This document shows positions 29,672 through 39,827 of a stretch of DNA of 64,000 nt, piece by piece. Origin of the DNA: an uncultured Chloroflexia bacterium (GTDB taxonomy: Bacteria > Chloroflexota > Limnocylindria > Limnocylindrales > CSP1-4); assembly GCA_963749705.1 (NCBI GenBank), contig CAVVNQ010000010.1:64001-128000 (forward strand). Direction: 5' to 3'. The position numbers and the translations under genes were made by a program. A model generated the notes under the pieces. The model was given only the letters and a program-made list of their open reading frames with translations, had not been told where the DNA came from and made no database searches. The first letter of the stretch is position 1. The number at the start of each line of letters is the position of its first letter.

Positions 29672-30472
29672 ATGTCCGATCCGACCGGTCTCGAGCTCAT
29701 CCCGCCGCGCGCGGCGCTGCGCCATCGCGTGCTCGCCGGCGAGGCGACCATCGGCGTGTTCGCGTCGCTCGGGTCCGCGGTTGCCGCGGAGCTGCTGGGC
29801 CGCGGCGGGTTCGACTGGATCATCGTCGACCTCGAGCACGGCATGGGGTCGGAGGCGGAGCTCCATGGGCAGCTGCTCGCCATCCAGGCAACGCCGACCG
29901 CCGCCCTGGTGCGCGTCGCCTCGGCCGAGCGGCTGCGGGTCGGCCGGGCGCTGGACCTCGGGGCCGACGGCCTGATGATCCCGCGACTGGAGCGCGTGGC
30001 CGATGTGGCCGAGACCGTCGGCTGGATGCGCTATCCGCCCGACGGCATCCGCGGCGTCGCACCGGCCACCCGCGGAGCCGGCTACAGCCAGCGACCCCAC
30101 CCGACGCTGAGCGAGGTCAACGACCAGGTGCTCGGGGTGTTCCAGGTCGAGTCGATGGTTGCGGTCGAGGCGGCGGGCGAGCTCGCGTCGATCGAGGGGG
30201 TTGACGTGCTGTTCGTGGGCCCGGCGGACCTGTCGCACTCGATGGGGATCCCGGGCGAGATCGACGATCCGGCGTTCGTGGCCGCGCTCGACCGTGTCGT
30301 GGCCGCCTGCCGGATGCACGGCAAGTCGGCGGGGATCCTGCTGCGCGACCCGGCCGCCGTCCCGGCGGCGTTCGCCCAGGGGTTCACGTTCCTGGGCGTC
30401 GCATCGGACTCGGGGATGCTCATCTCCGGCGTCCGGGCCGCGGCCGCCGAATCGCGCGCCGCGCTCGGCTGA
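29672..30472 (+). CDS. HpcH/HpaI aldolase family protein
   Basis: FDWIIVDLEHG, LDLGADG, YPPDGIRG, LFVGPADLS. Confidence 0.9.
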   Translation: MSDPTGLELIPPRAALRHRVLAGEATIGVFASLGSAVAAELLGRGGFDWIIVDLEHGMGSEAELHGQLLAIQATPTAALVRVASAERLRVGRALDLGADGLMIPRLERVADVAETVGWMRYPPDGIRGVAPATRGAGYSQRPHPTLSEVNDQVLGVFQVESMVAVEAAGELASIEGVDVLFVGPADLSHSMGIPGEIDDPAFVAALDRVVAACRMHGKSAGILLRDPAAVPAAFAQGFTFLGVASDSGMLISGVRAAAAESRAALG

Positions 30473-30486
30473 GCCCGGGGCGCCCG

Positions 30487-31479
30487 CTACTCCTCGGACA
30501 GCCGCACGATCGGCTGCGGCAGCGGCGGGCGGCGGTCGCGCCCGGCCGTGCTGCCGCTGGCGTGCGTCTGGGACAGGATCACGCCGGCCAGGATCAGCGC
30601 ACCGCCGACCAGCTGCACCGGCTCCAGGCGCTCGCTGTACAGGACGGCCGCGGCCGCGATCGTCCACAACGGCTCGACCGTGGACACCAGGCTTGCCTGG
30701 GCGGCGCCAAGTCGCTGCGCGCCGGCGTAGAACGCCTGGACCGGCACGAACCCGGCGATCACGGCGACCGCGATGATCCCCGGCCAGGCGTCGCCGGGGA
30801 TCGCGGCCGGCAGCACCGGATGCCCGATCGAGAGCGTGACCACCCAGTACACGGTCGCGGTGGACGTCAGCATCACGGCCCCGATCGCCGAGGCGGCCGC
30901 TCCGTCGTCCGCCTGCCTGCCGACGCGATCCCGGCGCTCGCCCGAGAGGCGGGCGGCGAGGATGATCCAGACCGCGTAGATCAAGGGCGAGACCACGATC
31001 TCGATCAAGCCGTCGGCCGGCGGCATCGTGCCGCTGTCGATGCCGCCCACCGCGAGCAGGACGCCCAGGACCGCGATGCCCAGCGCCGCCCATGCGCGCC
31101 GCCCCTCGAGGCGCCGGCCCAGCCGCAGCGCGAGCACCGCGACGACCGGCGGGTAGAGGTAGACGATCAGGGCTGACAGCCCGAGCGGCACGGTCTGGAT
31201 CCCGGCGTAGTACGTCGCCGTGTTGCCCACGTACAGCACGCCCAACGCCATCGTCGCGAGGATCGTCCGGCGCGGCAGCCGGGCAAGCGCGCGGCGGGCG
31301 GCCGGCCGCGCCAGGAGCACGACCCACGCGAGGCCGCCGGCGATCGCGAACCGCCACGCCATCAGGGTCAGCCAGTCGACTCCGCTGGCATACACGGGCT
31401 TTGCGAACAGGCCGCCCGAGCCGAACGCGATGGCGCTGACGACGACCAGCATGATGCCGGTGAGGCGGGTTCGGTCCAC
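30487..31479 (-). CDS. EamA/DMT family transporter
   Basis: About 10 TM helices, YLYPP and STVEPL motifs. Confidence 0.85.
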   Translation of the reverse strand: MDRTRLTGIMLVVVSAIAFGSGGLFAKPVYASGVDWLTLMAWRFAIAGGLAWVVLLARPAARRALARLPRRTILATMALGVLYVGNTATYYAGIQTVPLGLSALIVYLYPPVVAVLALRLGRRLEGRRAWAALGIAVLGVLLAVGGIDSGTMPPADGLIEIVVSPLIYAVWIILAARLSGERRDRVGRQADDGAAASAIGAVMLTSTATVYWVVTLSIGHPVLPAAIPGDAWPGIIAVAVIAGFVPVQAFYAGAQRLGAAQASLVSTVEPLWTIAAAAVLYSERLEPVQLVGGALILAGVILSQTHASGSTAGRDRRPPLPQPIVRLSEE

Positions 31480-31573
31480 GCGCCGAGGGTACCCAAGCGG
31501 AGACCCCGGTGCCGCCCGTCGCGGGCGCCGACCGCGGCCGCGAGGTATCGGCACTCCGCGTACACTGGGGACC

Positions 31574-32086
31574 GTGGCTGAGCTGATCAAGCGCGCCGGA
31601 CTGGCGCGTGTTCCCGCCCTCGCGGCAGAGCCGCTCATGGTCGTCGGACGCCGGGAGCCCGTGACCGTCGGGCCCGGCACGACGCTGGCCGTCTGCCTGC
31701 TCGCGATCCAGCGCACCGGCACCGGAGACTCCGTGTTCATCACGGATGCGGACGGTCGCCTGGTCGGCGTCCTGACGGAGCGCGATGTGTTCGGGCGCCT
31801 GGTCGGCCCCGATGTCGCGGCCGGCGTCGACGTCGATGCGCCGGTCGAGGACTACATGACCACGAACCCGCATACGCTCCACGTCGATGGCACGGTTCGC
31901 GACGCGCTGGTGCTGATGCAGCAGGGCCGCTATCGGAACGTCCCGGTCGTGGACGACGACGGGAAGCTCACCGGGGTCGTGCGCCAGATCGACATCCTCA
32001 AGTACCTGGCCGAGTCGTTCCCCGAGGAGATGCTCAACCTGCCGCCGCGGCCGCACCAGCAGATCGAACAGGCCGAGGGCGGATGA
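31574..32086 (+). CDS. CBS domain protein
   Basis: LVGVLTERD, VEDYMT, NVPVVDDDGKLTGVV; overlaps the korA start (ATGA). Confidence 0.85.
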   Translation: MAELIKRAGLARVPALAAEPLMVVGRREPVTVGPGTTLAVCLLAIQRTGTGDSVFITDADGRLVGVLTERDVFGRLVGPDVAAGVDVDAPVEDYMTTNPHTLHVDGTVRDALVLMQQGRYRNVPVVDDDGKLTGVVRQIDILKYLAESFPEEMLNLPPRPHQQIEQAEGG

Positions 32087-33954
32087 CGACACCGGCACAA
32101 CCGATCGAGCACGACGTCCAGGAGCTCGACCGGGTCACCATCCGATTCGCCGGCGACTCCGGCGACGGGATGCAGCTCACCGGGACCCAGTTCACCAGGA
32201 CGGCCGCGGTGTTCGGCAACGACATCAGCACGTTCCCGGACTACCCCGCCGAGATCCGTGCGCCCGCGGGCTCGCTGCCCGGCGTGTCGGGGTTCCAGAT
32301 CAGCTTCTCGGCATCGGACATCCACACCCCGGGTGATGCGCCCGACGTCCTGGTCGCGATGAACCCGGCCGCGCTCAAGACGAACATCGGCGACCTGCCG
32401 GCGGGCGGTGCGCTGATCGTCAACCGCGACGCCTTCACGGCCCACAACCTGAGCAAGGCCGCGTACGCCGAGAACCCGCTCACCGACGGCTCGCTCAAGC
32501 AGTACACGCTGTTCGAGGTGCCGATCAGCACCCTCAACGCGCTGGCGCTCGACGGGCTCGAGATGTCGAGCAAGCAGGTCGACCTGACCAAGAACTTCTT
32601 CGCGCTGGGACTGATGTTCTGGCTGTACGAGCGGAGCATGGATCCCACGCTCCGCTGGATCGAGGAGAAGTTCGGCGCCCGCCCGGTCATCGCCGAGGCG
32701 AACCGCAGGGCACTCAAGGCCGGCTACGCCTACGGCGAGACGACCGAGATGTTCCACACGACGTACCGGGTGCCGAAGGCAAAGCTTCCCCCCGGCACGT
32801 ACCGCAACATCACCGGCAACGAGGCGACGGCGCTCGGCTTCCTGGCGGCGGCCCAGACCGCGAAGCGCCCGCTGTTCTACGGCTCGTACCCGATCACGCC
32901 GGCGTCGGACATCCTCCACCAGCTCTCGGGCTACAAGGCGTTCGGGGTCAAGACGTTCCAGGCCGAGGACGAGATCGCCGCCATGGGCGCGACGATCGGC
33001 GCGGCGTACGGCGGGGCGCTGGCACTGACCGGCACATCCGGGCCCGGCCTCGCGCTCAAGACCGAGGCCATGGGCCTGGCCGTGATGACCGAGCTGCCGA
33101 TGGTCATCGTCAACGTCCAGCGCGCGGGACCGTCGACCGGCCTGCCGACCAAGGTCGAGCAGGCGGACCTGATGCAGGTCATGTTCGGACGCAACGGCGA
33201 GTCGCCGATGCCGATCGTGGCGCCCGCCACCCCGGGTGAATGCTTCTCGATGGCGATCGAGGCATCGCGCCTGGCGCTCAAGTACATGACGCCGGTCGCG
33301 TATCTCTCGGACGCATCGGTCGCCAACGGGGCGGAGCCGTGGCGGATCCCGTCCCTGGCCGACCTGCCGGACATCTCGGTCGCCAACGCCGTCCGCGGCG
33401 AGGGGACGTTCCTGCCGTATTCCCGGGATCCCGAGACCCTCGCCCGGCCGTGGGCCGTGCCCGGCACCGCAGGGCTCGAGCACAGGATCGGCGGGCTCGA
33501 GAAGGCGGACGGCCTGGGCAACGTGTCCTACGACCCGGACAACCACCACCGGATGTCGCTGCTGCGGGCCGAGAAGGTGGCCCGGATCGCCGGCGACATC
33601 CCGCCGCTCGACGTGTTCGGACCCGACCACGGCGACCTGCTGATCATCGGCTGGGGCTCGACCTACGGAGCGCTCCGGAGCGCCGCCGAGCGGCTCCAGG
33701 CGGGCGGGCGCTCGGTGGCCCACGCCCACCTGCGGTACCTCAACCCGTTCCCCGCCAACACCGGCGACGTGCTGCGCGGCTACCGGCGCGTGCTGGTGCC
33801 CGAGATCAACCTCGGCCAGCTGTGGTTCCTGCTGCGCGGCCGGTACCTGGTCGACGCCATCAGCTACGGCAGGGTTCGCGGCAAGCCGTTCCGGATCCAG
33901 GAGATCGTGGACGAGGCGCAGCGCGTGCTCGACGAGGGGGAGGCTGCCCGATGA
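32083..33954 (+). CDS. korA: 2-oxoacid:acceptor (ferredoxin) oxidoreductase alpha subunit
   Basis: RFAGDSGDGMQLTG, YPITPASD, QAEDEIAA, TSGPG, QRAGPSTGLPTK. Confidence 0.93.
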   Translation: MTTPAQPIEHDVQELDRVTIRFAGDSGDGMQLTGTQFTRTAAVFGNDISTFPDYPAEIRAPAGSLPGVSGFQISFSASDIHTPGDAPDVLVAMNPAALKTNIGDLPAGGALIVNRDAFTAHNLSKAAYAENPLTDGSLKQYTLFEVPISTLNALALDGLEMSSKQVDLTKNFFALGLMFWLYERSMDPTLRWIEEKFGARPVIAEANRRALKAGYAYGETTEMFHTTYRVPKAKLPPGTYRNITGNEATALGFLAAAQTAKRPLFYGSYPITPASDILHQLSGYKAFGVKTFQAEDEIAAMGATIGAAYGGALALTGTSGPGLALKTEAMGLAVMTELPMVIVNVQRAGPSTGLPTKVEQADLMQVMFGRNGESPMPIVAPATPGECFSMAIEASRLALKYMTPVAYLSDASVANGAEPWRIPSLADLPDISVANAVRGEGTFLPYSRDPETLARPWAVPGTAGLEHRIGGLEKADGLGNVSYDPDNHHRMSLLRAEKVARIAGDIPPLDVFGPDHGDLLIIGWGSTYGALRSAAERLQAGGRSVAHAHLRYLNPFPANTGDVLRGYRRVLVPEINLGQLWFLLRGRYLVDAISYGRVRGKPFRIQEIVDEAQRVLDEGEAAR

Positions 33955-35012
33955 CCGACAAGGCGACCGGCCACTCCGCGATCCCCGGCCTGCTCGACAC
34001 GCAGCCGGTGCAGCTGACGCGGAAGGACTTCGTGTCCGACCAGGAGGTCCGCTGGTGCCCGGGCTGCGGGGACTACTCGATCCTCGCCCAGACGCAGAAG
34101 GTCATGCCGGACTTCGGCGTGCCGCGCGAGAACATCGTGTTCATCTCCGGCATCGGCTGCTCGGGCCGGCTGCCCTACTACATGAACACGTTCGGGTTCC
34201 ATTCGATCCACGGGCGCGCCGCCACGCTCGCGACCGGGCTGCGGATCGTGCGGCCGGACCTCATGGTCTGGGTGATCACCGGTGACGGCGACGCGCTGTC
34301 GATCGGCGGCAACCACTTCCTGCATTCGATGCGCCGCAACGTCGACTTCACGATGGTCATGCACAACAACCGGATCTACGGCCTGACCAAGGGCCAGACG
34401 TCGCCCACGTCGGAGTTCGGCAAGCGCACCAAGTCCACGCCGCTGGGCTCGATCGACCGCCCGATCATGCCGCTCACGATCGCGCTGGCCGCCGAGGCCA
34501 CGTTCGTGGCGCGCACCGTGGACAACCACACCGAGCACCTTCAGCACACGCTCGAGGGCGCCGGCCGCCACCGCGGCGCGTCGTTCGTCGAGGTGCTCCA
34601 GAACTGCAACATCTTCAACGACGGCGCGTGGCGCGAGTTCACCGACCGCGAGGTGCGCGACGATCGGATGCTCGTGCTGGAGCACGGCAAGCCCCTGATC
34701 TTCGGCAAGGACCGCGACAAGGGGATCCGGCTCAACGGCCTGCATCCCGAGGTGGTCACCATCGGGGAGGACGGTGTCACCGAGGACGACCTCGTCGTCC
34801 ACGACGCGCACGCCGAGGATCCCTATCTCGCGCTCATCCTGTCGCGGATGTTCTGGCCGGAGTTCCCCGTCCCGGTCGGCGTGCTCCGCGACGTCGATCG
34901 ACCCATCCTCTCGGACCTGCTCGAGGCACAGATGCAAAAGGCCATCGAGAAGTCCGGCGAGGGAGACCTCGAACAGGTCCTGCTGGCCGGCGAGACCTGG
35001 ACCGTGGAGTAG
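33951..35012 (+). CDS. korB: 2-oxoacid:ferredoxin oxidoreductase beta subunit
   Basis: RWCPGCGD, SGIGCS, GDGD...NNRIYGLTKGQ TPP motif. Confidence 0.93.
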   Translation: MTDKATGHSAIPGLLDTQPVQLTRKDFVSDQEVRWCPGCGDYSILAQTQKVMPDFGVPRENIVFISGIGCSGRLPYYMNTFGFHSIHGRAATLATGLRIVRPDLMVWVITGDGDALSIGGNHFLHSMRRNVDFTMVMHNNRIYGLTKGQTSPTSEFGKRTKSTPLGSIDRPIMPLTIALAAEATFVARTVDNHTEHLQHTLEGAGRHRGASFVEVLQNCNIFNDGAWREFTDREVRDDRMLVLEHGKPLIFGKDRDKGIRLNGLHPEVVTIGEDGVTEDDLVVHDAHAEDPYLALILSRMFWPEFPVPVGVLRDVDRPILSDLLEAQMQKAIEKSGEGDLEQVLLAGETWTVE

Positions 35013-35016
35013 CCAG

Positions 35017-35517
35017 ATGCTCTGCCCCGTCTGCCGACACGACAACTTCGAGGGCGAGGCCCTGTGCGCGAACTGTGGCGCCGACCTCGCCAGCAGCGAC
35101 ATTCGGCCGCCCCTGGCCGAGGATGACGGCAACGTCCTGAGCGAGCGCGTCGACGCCCTCCCGATCGAGCACCCGCAGATCGTCGAGCCGAGCTTCCCGG
35201 TGGCCGACGCCATCCGCGCGATGCACGGGTCGGACTCGGACTGCCTGCTCGTGTGCGAGGACGGTCGCCTGATCGGCATCTTCACCGACCGGGATGCCTC
35301 GGTGAAGGCGGTCGACAAGCGGCTCGGCCTGTTCAAGGTGCGGGACTTCATGACCGCCGATCCCGTCGTGCTGCGGCACGAGGACACGGTCGCGGTCGCG
35401 ATCAACAAGATGGCCGTCGGCGGCTTCCGACACCTGCCCATCGTCGAGGGCGACCGCCCCACCGGCGTCCTGACCGCGGCCGACGTGTTCCGCCACATCG
35501 TCTCGCTCCTGGGGTGA
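35017..35517 (+). CDS. Zinc-ribbon + CBS domain protein
   Basis: CPVC..CANCG then LIGIFTDRD, FRHLPIV. Confidence 0.85.
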   Translation: MLCPVCRHDNFEGEALCANCGADLASSDIRPPLAEDDGNVLSERVDALPIEHPQIVEPSFPVADAIRAMHGSDSDCLLVCEDGRLIGIFTDRDASVKAVDKRLGLFKVRDFMTADPVVLRHEDTVAVAINKMAVGGFRHLPIVEGDRPTGVLTAADVFRHIVSLLG

Positions 35518-35909
35518 GCGGCGCCGCCGGTGACCGGCGGCCGCGGATCGCGGTCGTCGCGGACGACCTGATCTGGTCGACCCGGCTGGCGGACGGCCTG
35601 CGCCGCGCGGGTGCCGATCCCGTGGCCGTTCGATCGACCGACGCGGTCATCACGGGCATGTCCGATGCCGACGGCGTGATCGTCGATACGTCCGCACGCG
35701 CCTACGATCCGCTCGAGGTGCTGCGCGCCGCGGCGACGGGCGGCGTGCCCGCGATCGCCCTGGCGCCGCACGAAGACGCCGAGCTCCGGCGCGCGGCCAT
35801 CGCCGCCGGCGCGTCGCGCGTGCACCCCTACCGGGCGCTGTTCGAGCGCGGCGATCGGGTGCTGGCGGCGTGGCTGGCGAGCCTGACACCCGAGGACCCA
35901 CGAGCATGA
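35514..35909 (+). CDS. Degenerate receiver-like (CheY-fold) protein
   Basis: VVADDL, VIVD, AIAAGA pattern without the conserved Lys; overlaps both neighbours by 4 nt. Confidence 0.6.
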   Translation: MSGAAGDRRPRIAVVADDLIWSTRLADGLRRAGADPVAVRSTDAVITGMSDADGVIVDTSARAYDPLEVLRAAATGGVPAIALAPHEDAELRRAAIAAGASRVHPYRALFERGDRVLAAWLASLTPEDPRA

Positions 35910-37081
35910 GCATTCGCGACGGGATCCCCGCCGCGCGCTACGCCGAACGCCTCGCGGGCGCCCGCCGGGCCGCCGCGGTCGCCGGCCTCGACGGCCTCCT
36001 GGTCGGTGTCGGGGCCGACCTGCGCTACCTGACGGGCTACGACGCGATGGCGCTCGAGCGGCTGACCCTGCTCGTCCTGCCGACCTCCGACGAGGCGCCG
36101 GCGACCCTGATCGCCCCTCGTCTCGAGGCGACGCCGGCGCGGACCTGCCCCGCGACGGTCGGCGGCGCGGTGGTCGTCGTGACCTGGGAGGAGACCGAGG
36201 ATCCGCTGGACCTGGTCGCGGCACGCCTGGCCGAGGCGTGCCGGGTCGATCCGGCCGGCGTGCATGCCGTCGCGGTGTCGGACGGGCTGCGTGCGGCGTT
36301 CGTGCTCGGTCTCCAGCGCGTCCTTCCCGGGGCAGCGTTCTCGCTGGCCTCGGCGGTGCTCGCGGGGCTCCGGATGCGCAAGGACGCCGACGAGATCGAG
36401 CTCCTCCGGCGCGCGGCCCAGGCGGCCGATCGCGTGGTTGCGGCGATCGCGGCCGGGCGCCTCGTGGGGCGGACCGAGGCCGACGTCGCGCGCGAGGTCC
36501 GGGAGCGGCTCGTCGCCGAGGGGCACGACGGGGCCGAGTTCTGGATCGTGGCTTCGGGCCCTAACAGCGCGTCTCCGCACCACGATCCGGGCGACCGGGT
36601 GATCTCCCCGGGCGACCCGATCGTGCTCGACATCGGCGGCACCGTCGCCGGCTACGGCAGCGACATCACGCGCACGCTGTGGGTCACCGGCGGCGACGCC
36701 GGGTCGGGTCCCGACGAGCCGTTCCGGCACCTGTACGAGGTGCTCCGCTCGGCTCAGGCAGCGGCAACCGCGGCGGTCCGCCCGGGTGTGGCGGCCGAGC
36801 GGATCGACGCCGTCGCCCGCGGGATCATCACGGACGCCGGCTACGGCCCGAGCTTCTTCCACCGGACCGGGCACGGGATCGGGCTCGAGGGCCACGAGGA
36901 GCCGTACATCGTCGAGGGCAGCGCCCATGCGCTGGAGCCCGGGATGGCATTCTCGGTGGAGCCCGGGATCTACCTCGAGGGACGGTACGGAGCGCGGATC
37001 GAGGACATCGTCGTGTGCGGGGACACGGGACCGCTCGTGCTCAACGAGGCACCCCGCGGCCTCCTCGTCGTCGACGGCTGA
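35906..37081 (+). CDS. Xaa-Pro aminopeptidase (M24B family)
   Basis: LRYLTG, SPHH, DIGG..GYGSDITRT, HRTGHGIG, EPGIY, RIED. Confidence 0.92.
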   Translation: MSIRDGIPAARYAERLAGARRAAAVAGLDGLLVGVGADLRYLTGYDAMALERLTLLVLPTSDEAPATLIAPRLEATPARTCPATVGGAVVVVTWEETEDPLDLVAARLAEACRVDPAGVHAVAVSDGLRAAFVLGLQRVLPGAAFSLASAVLAGLRMRKDADEIELLRRAAQAADRVVAAIAAGRLVGRTEADVAREVRERLVAEGHDGAEFWIVASGPNSASPHHDPGDRVISPGDPIVLDIGGTVAGYGSDITRTLWVTGGDAGSGPDEPFRHLYEVLRSAQAAATAAVRPGVAAERIDAVARGIITDAGYGPSFFHRTGHGIGLEGHEEPYIVEGSAHALEPGMAFSVEPGIYLEGRYGARIEDIVVCGDTGPLVLNEAPRGLLVVDG

Positions 37082-37224
37082 CGCGCACGCCGGTCGTCCG
37101 GCCACCGGCGCATCGGGCCATGGCGCGGTATCATCCCTCGAACGGTCGCCACCTCGACCGGACGTCAGAGCCCAGCCATGTCGATCCTTCCCGCGCGGAC
37201 CCTCCGTCCGCGTGATCCGCACCA

Positions 37225-37845
37225 ATGAGCCGCCGCGCGCGGCACGGTCGATCCCCGCATGCGCACGGGTCGCCCAGGTCCGCCAGGCCCGCGAGCGCCA
37301 CGCCGGACCGCCCGTTCGCGGCCACCACGGAGCCGCTCTCCCCGGCGGATCCTGCGGCATCGCTGATCCCGGAGCCCCAGCCGTTCGAGCTGCATCCGCC
37401 CGAGGTCATCACCGGGTCCGCGATCGCGCATGACCGCCCGGCGGCGGTTGCCGATGCGCGGGAGCGGGGGCACCTCCGCGCCGAACCGGCCGCAGGCCCC
37501 GCGTCATCCGATCGTGCCGGTCGGGACGAGGCGCCGGGGATGCCGGCCGCCGCGCCCGATGCCCGCCCGACCTGCACCGTCGCCCAGCTGCGCCGGTTCA
37601 TCAAGAGCCGGACCTGGGTGCCGATGCACGAGCTGCGTCGCAGGTTCGGGATCAATGGTGTCGAGGACGACGTCACGCCGATCCGCGTGGGCGGCGAGCG
37701 CCTGTACATCGGCCTCCCGTCGCCCGAGGGCCGGCTGATGGCCGAGCTGCTCTCCGGCGGCGACGTCGGGTACGAGCTGTCGCTGGACCCGTGCACGCCG
37801 ATCGTCGTGGGCGTCTACCCGATGCGGCCCGTCCCCCGCTCCTAG
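37225..37845 (+). CDS. Hypothetical protein (low-complexity N-terminus, globular C-terminus)
   Basis: GC3-biased codons in the C-terminal ~90 aa (CTVAQLRRFIKSR..VGVYPMRP); start uncertain. Confidence 0.6.
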   Translation: MSRRARHGRSPHAHGSPRSARPASATPDRPFAATTEPLSPADPAASLIPEPQPFELHPPEVITGSAIAHDRPAAVADARERGHLRAEPAAGPASSDRAGRDEAPGMPAAAPDARPTCTVAQLRRFIKSRTWVPMHELRRRFGINGVEDDVTPIRVGGERLYIGLPSPEGRLMAELLSGGDVGYELSLDPCTPIVVGVYPMRPVPRS

Positions 37846-37871
37846 GCTGGCGCCGGCCCGCCCTCGGCGGC

Positions 37872-39692
37872 TCAGCTCTCCGAGTACGCCTTGGGCAGTG
37901 ACTCGACCGTCGGCACCTTCGTCCGCAGGTCGCGCAGGGCGGCCTGGTCCATCGACGCGAGGCGCGGCAGGTCGGGCTGGTTCGTGCGCAGCAGCCGCTC
38001 GGTCAGCGTGGACAGCAGCAGCTTGTTCACCTCGGGCACGTCCATGACGCCGCGGAGGGCGTCGGCGGGGACCTCCATGAGCGTGCTCGGCCGTGAGGCC
38101 ACCACGTCCGCCGTCCGCGCGCTGCCGGTGAGCGCCGCGATCTCGCCGAAGAAGTCGCCCGCGCCCATCGTCGACAGCCCGCGATAGCCACCCTCGGCAT
38201 CGGGGACGCCGGCGGCGGCCTCGCCCTTGAGGATGAAGTACGCGGCGTTGGCCTGCTCGCCGTGCATGACGAGCCGGGCGCCTTCGGGGACCTCGCGAAC
38301 CACCGCATCCTTGATGAACGCCGCCCGCTGCGAGGCGTTCAACAGGCTGAACGTGGCCAGCCGGCCGACCAGGCGGTCGAAGTCGGCGAGCGTCGCCGGT
38401 CGCACGACGACGTCACCCGTCACCCGCGCCGCGCGCAGCGCCGACAGCCCGCGACGCCACTCGGCAGCCGGCCGTCCGACGCCCGGGGCGACGAGTGACG
38501 CGATGCCCACCGCGAGGGTCACCAGCGCGACGAAGCCAAGGAGCAGGCGCACGTCGAGCACGTCGGCCAGCCCGGCGCATGCCATCCCGGCCAGGAAGAT
38601 CACGTCGCGCATGACGAACAGGCCGGAGAACACGCGGCCCCGCATCTCGCGCGGCGTGTTGCGCTGGAGCAGCGTCTGGCGGGCAACGGACGTCGGTGAG
38701 TTGAAGAACCCGCTGATCATCGCGAACGCGATCGCGACCCCGATCACCGGCGAGGCGGCATAGAGCAGGCTGGCGATGCCCATGCCCGCCGATCCGACGA
38801 ACACCCACAGCCCGGTCTGGAGGCGGGCGCTGTAGCGGGCCATGAACAGGCTGCCCAGCACGAAGCCAACCGAGGTCAGGCCCTCCTGGATCCCGTACTC
38901 GAACTCGGTCGCGTGGAGCTCCCGGATGGCCATCGGCAGCAACAGGACGTTCCACAGCCCGAACACGAAGAAGATCGGCGCCCCGAGCAGGAACAGCGAG
39001 CGCAGCATGGGCGTGCGCGCAATGGTCATGATCCCGGACCTGAGGTTGGTGATCACCACGCCGACCGAGGTCTCCTCCTCGACCTCGATCCTCGATCGGA
39101 CGCGGAGCAGCCAGATGCAGCCGGCCGAGAACAGGAACGTGAGGGCGTCGATCCAGAATGCCCAGTAGATGCTGAACGCCGACGCCAGCAGACCCGCACC
39201 CGCGAACCCGATCGCGGTCGAGCCGAACGAGGCGATCGAGAGGTAGGCGTTGGCCGCGGCCAGCTCCTCGTCGCTCGCGATCTCGGGGATGATGCTCTCG
39301 TAGGCGGGGTCGAAGAACTGCTTGACGCCCGCGTTGACCAGGAGCGCGACGAACAGCAGCGAGACGTCGAGCCCGATCAGGAACGGGATCGAGGCGACGA
39401 TCACCGCCTGTCCGAGGTTGCTTGCGAGCATGATCGAGCGCCGGTCGAAGCGATCCACGAACACGCCGGCGACGAGGCCCACGATCAGGCTGGGCACGGC
39501 CGTGACCATCAGCGTGACGCCGACCAGGAAGGCGGAGCCGGTCCTGTCGTAGACGTAGATCGCGGCGGCAAGGTCGGTCAGCGACGAGCCGGCCGTGGAG
39601 ACGAGCTGCGCGAGCCACATCAGCCGGAAATCGCGCTTCCTGAACACCGCGGTCGGGGAGATCGGCTGGGTGGCCGGCGTGGCCTCGCTCAT
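37872..39692 (-). CDS. MFS transporter fused to a C-terminal cyclic nucleotide-binding domain
   Basis: GVFVDRFDRR MFS motif A, about 12 TM; GDFFGEIAAL..RTADV cNMP signature. Confidence 0.88.
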   Translation of the reverse strand: MSEATPATQPISPTAVFRKRDFRLMWLAQLVSTAGSSLTDLAAAIYVYDRTGSAFLVGVTLMVTAVPSLIVGLVAGVFVDRFDRRSIMLASNLGQAVIVASIPFLIGLDVSLLFVALLVNAGVKQFFDPAYESIIPEIASDEELAAANAYLSIASFGSTAIGFAGAGLLASAFSIYWAFWIDALTFLFSAGCIWLLRVRSRIEVEEETSVGVVITNLRSGIMTIARTPMLRSLFLLGAPIFFVFGLWNVLLLPMAIRELHATEFEYGIQEGLTSVGFVLGSLFMARYSARLQTGLWVFVGSAGMGIASLLYAASPVIGVAIAFAMISGFFNSPTSVARQTLLQRNTPREMRGRVFSGLFVMRDVIFLAGMACAGLADVLDVRLLLGFVALVTLAVGIASLVAPGVGRPAAEWRRGLSALRAARVTGDVVVRPATLADFDRLVGRLATFSLLNASQRAAFIKDAVVREVPEGARLVMHGEQANAAYFILKGEAAAGVPDAEGGYRGLSTMGAGDFFGEIAALTGSARTADVVASRPSTLMEVPADALRGVMDVPEVNKLLLSTLTERLLRTNQPDLPRLASMDQAALRDLRTKVPTVESLPKAYSES

Positions 39693-39827
39693 GACCTGTC
39701 CCCGCACGGATGCCCGGTCGTGTGCCGCATTCTCGGTCGTCCCTCTGGCCAGTGCGCCTCTCTCTGCGGCAACGGGTGACGGAGCCGGGGCGCCTGGGCT
39801 GGCGGAGAGTGTACGGTCCGCGGCCCC

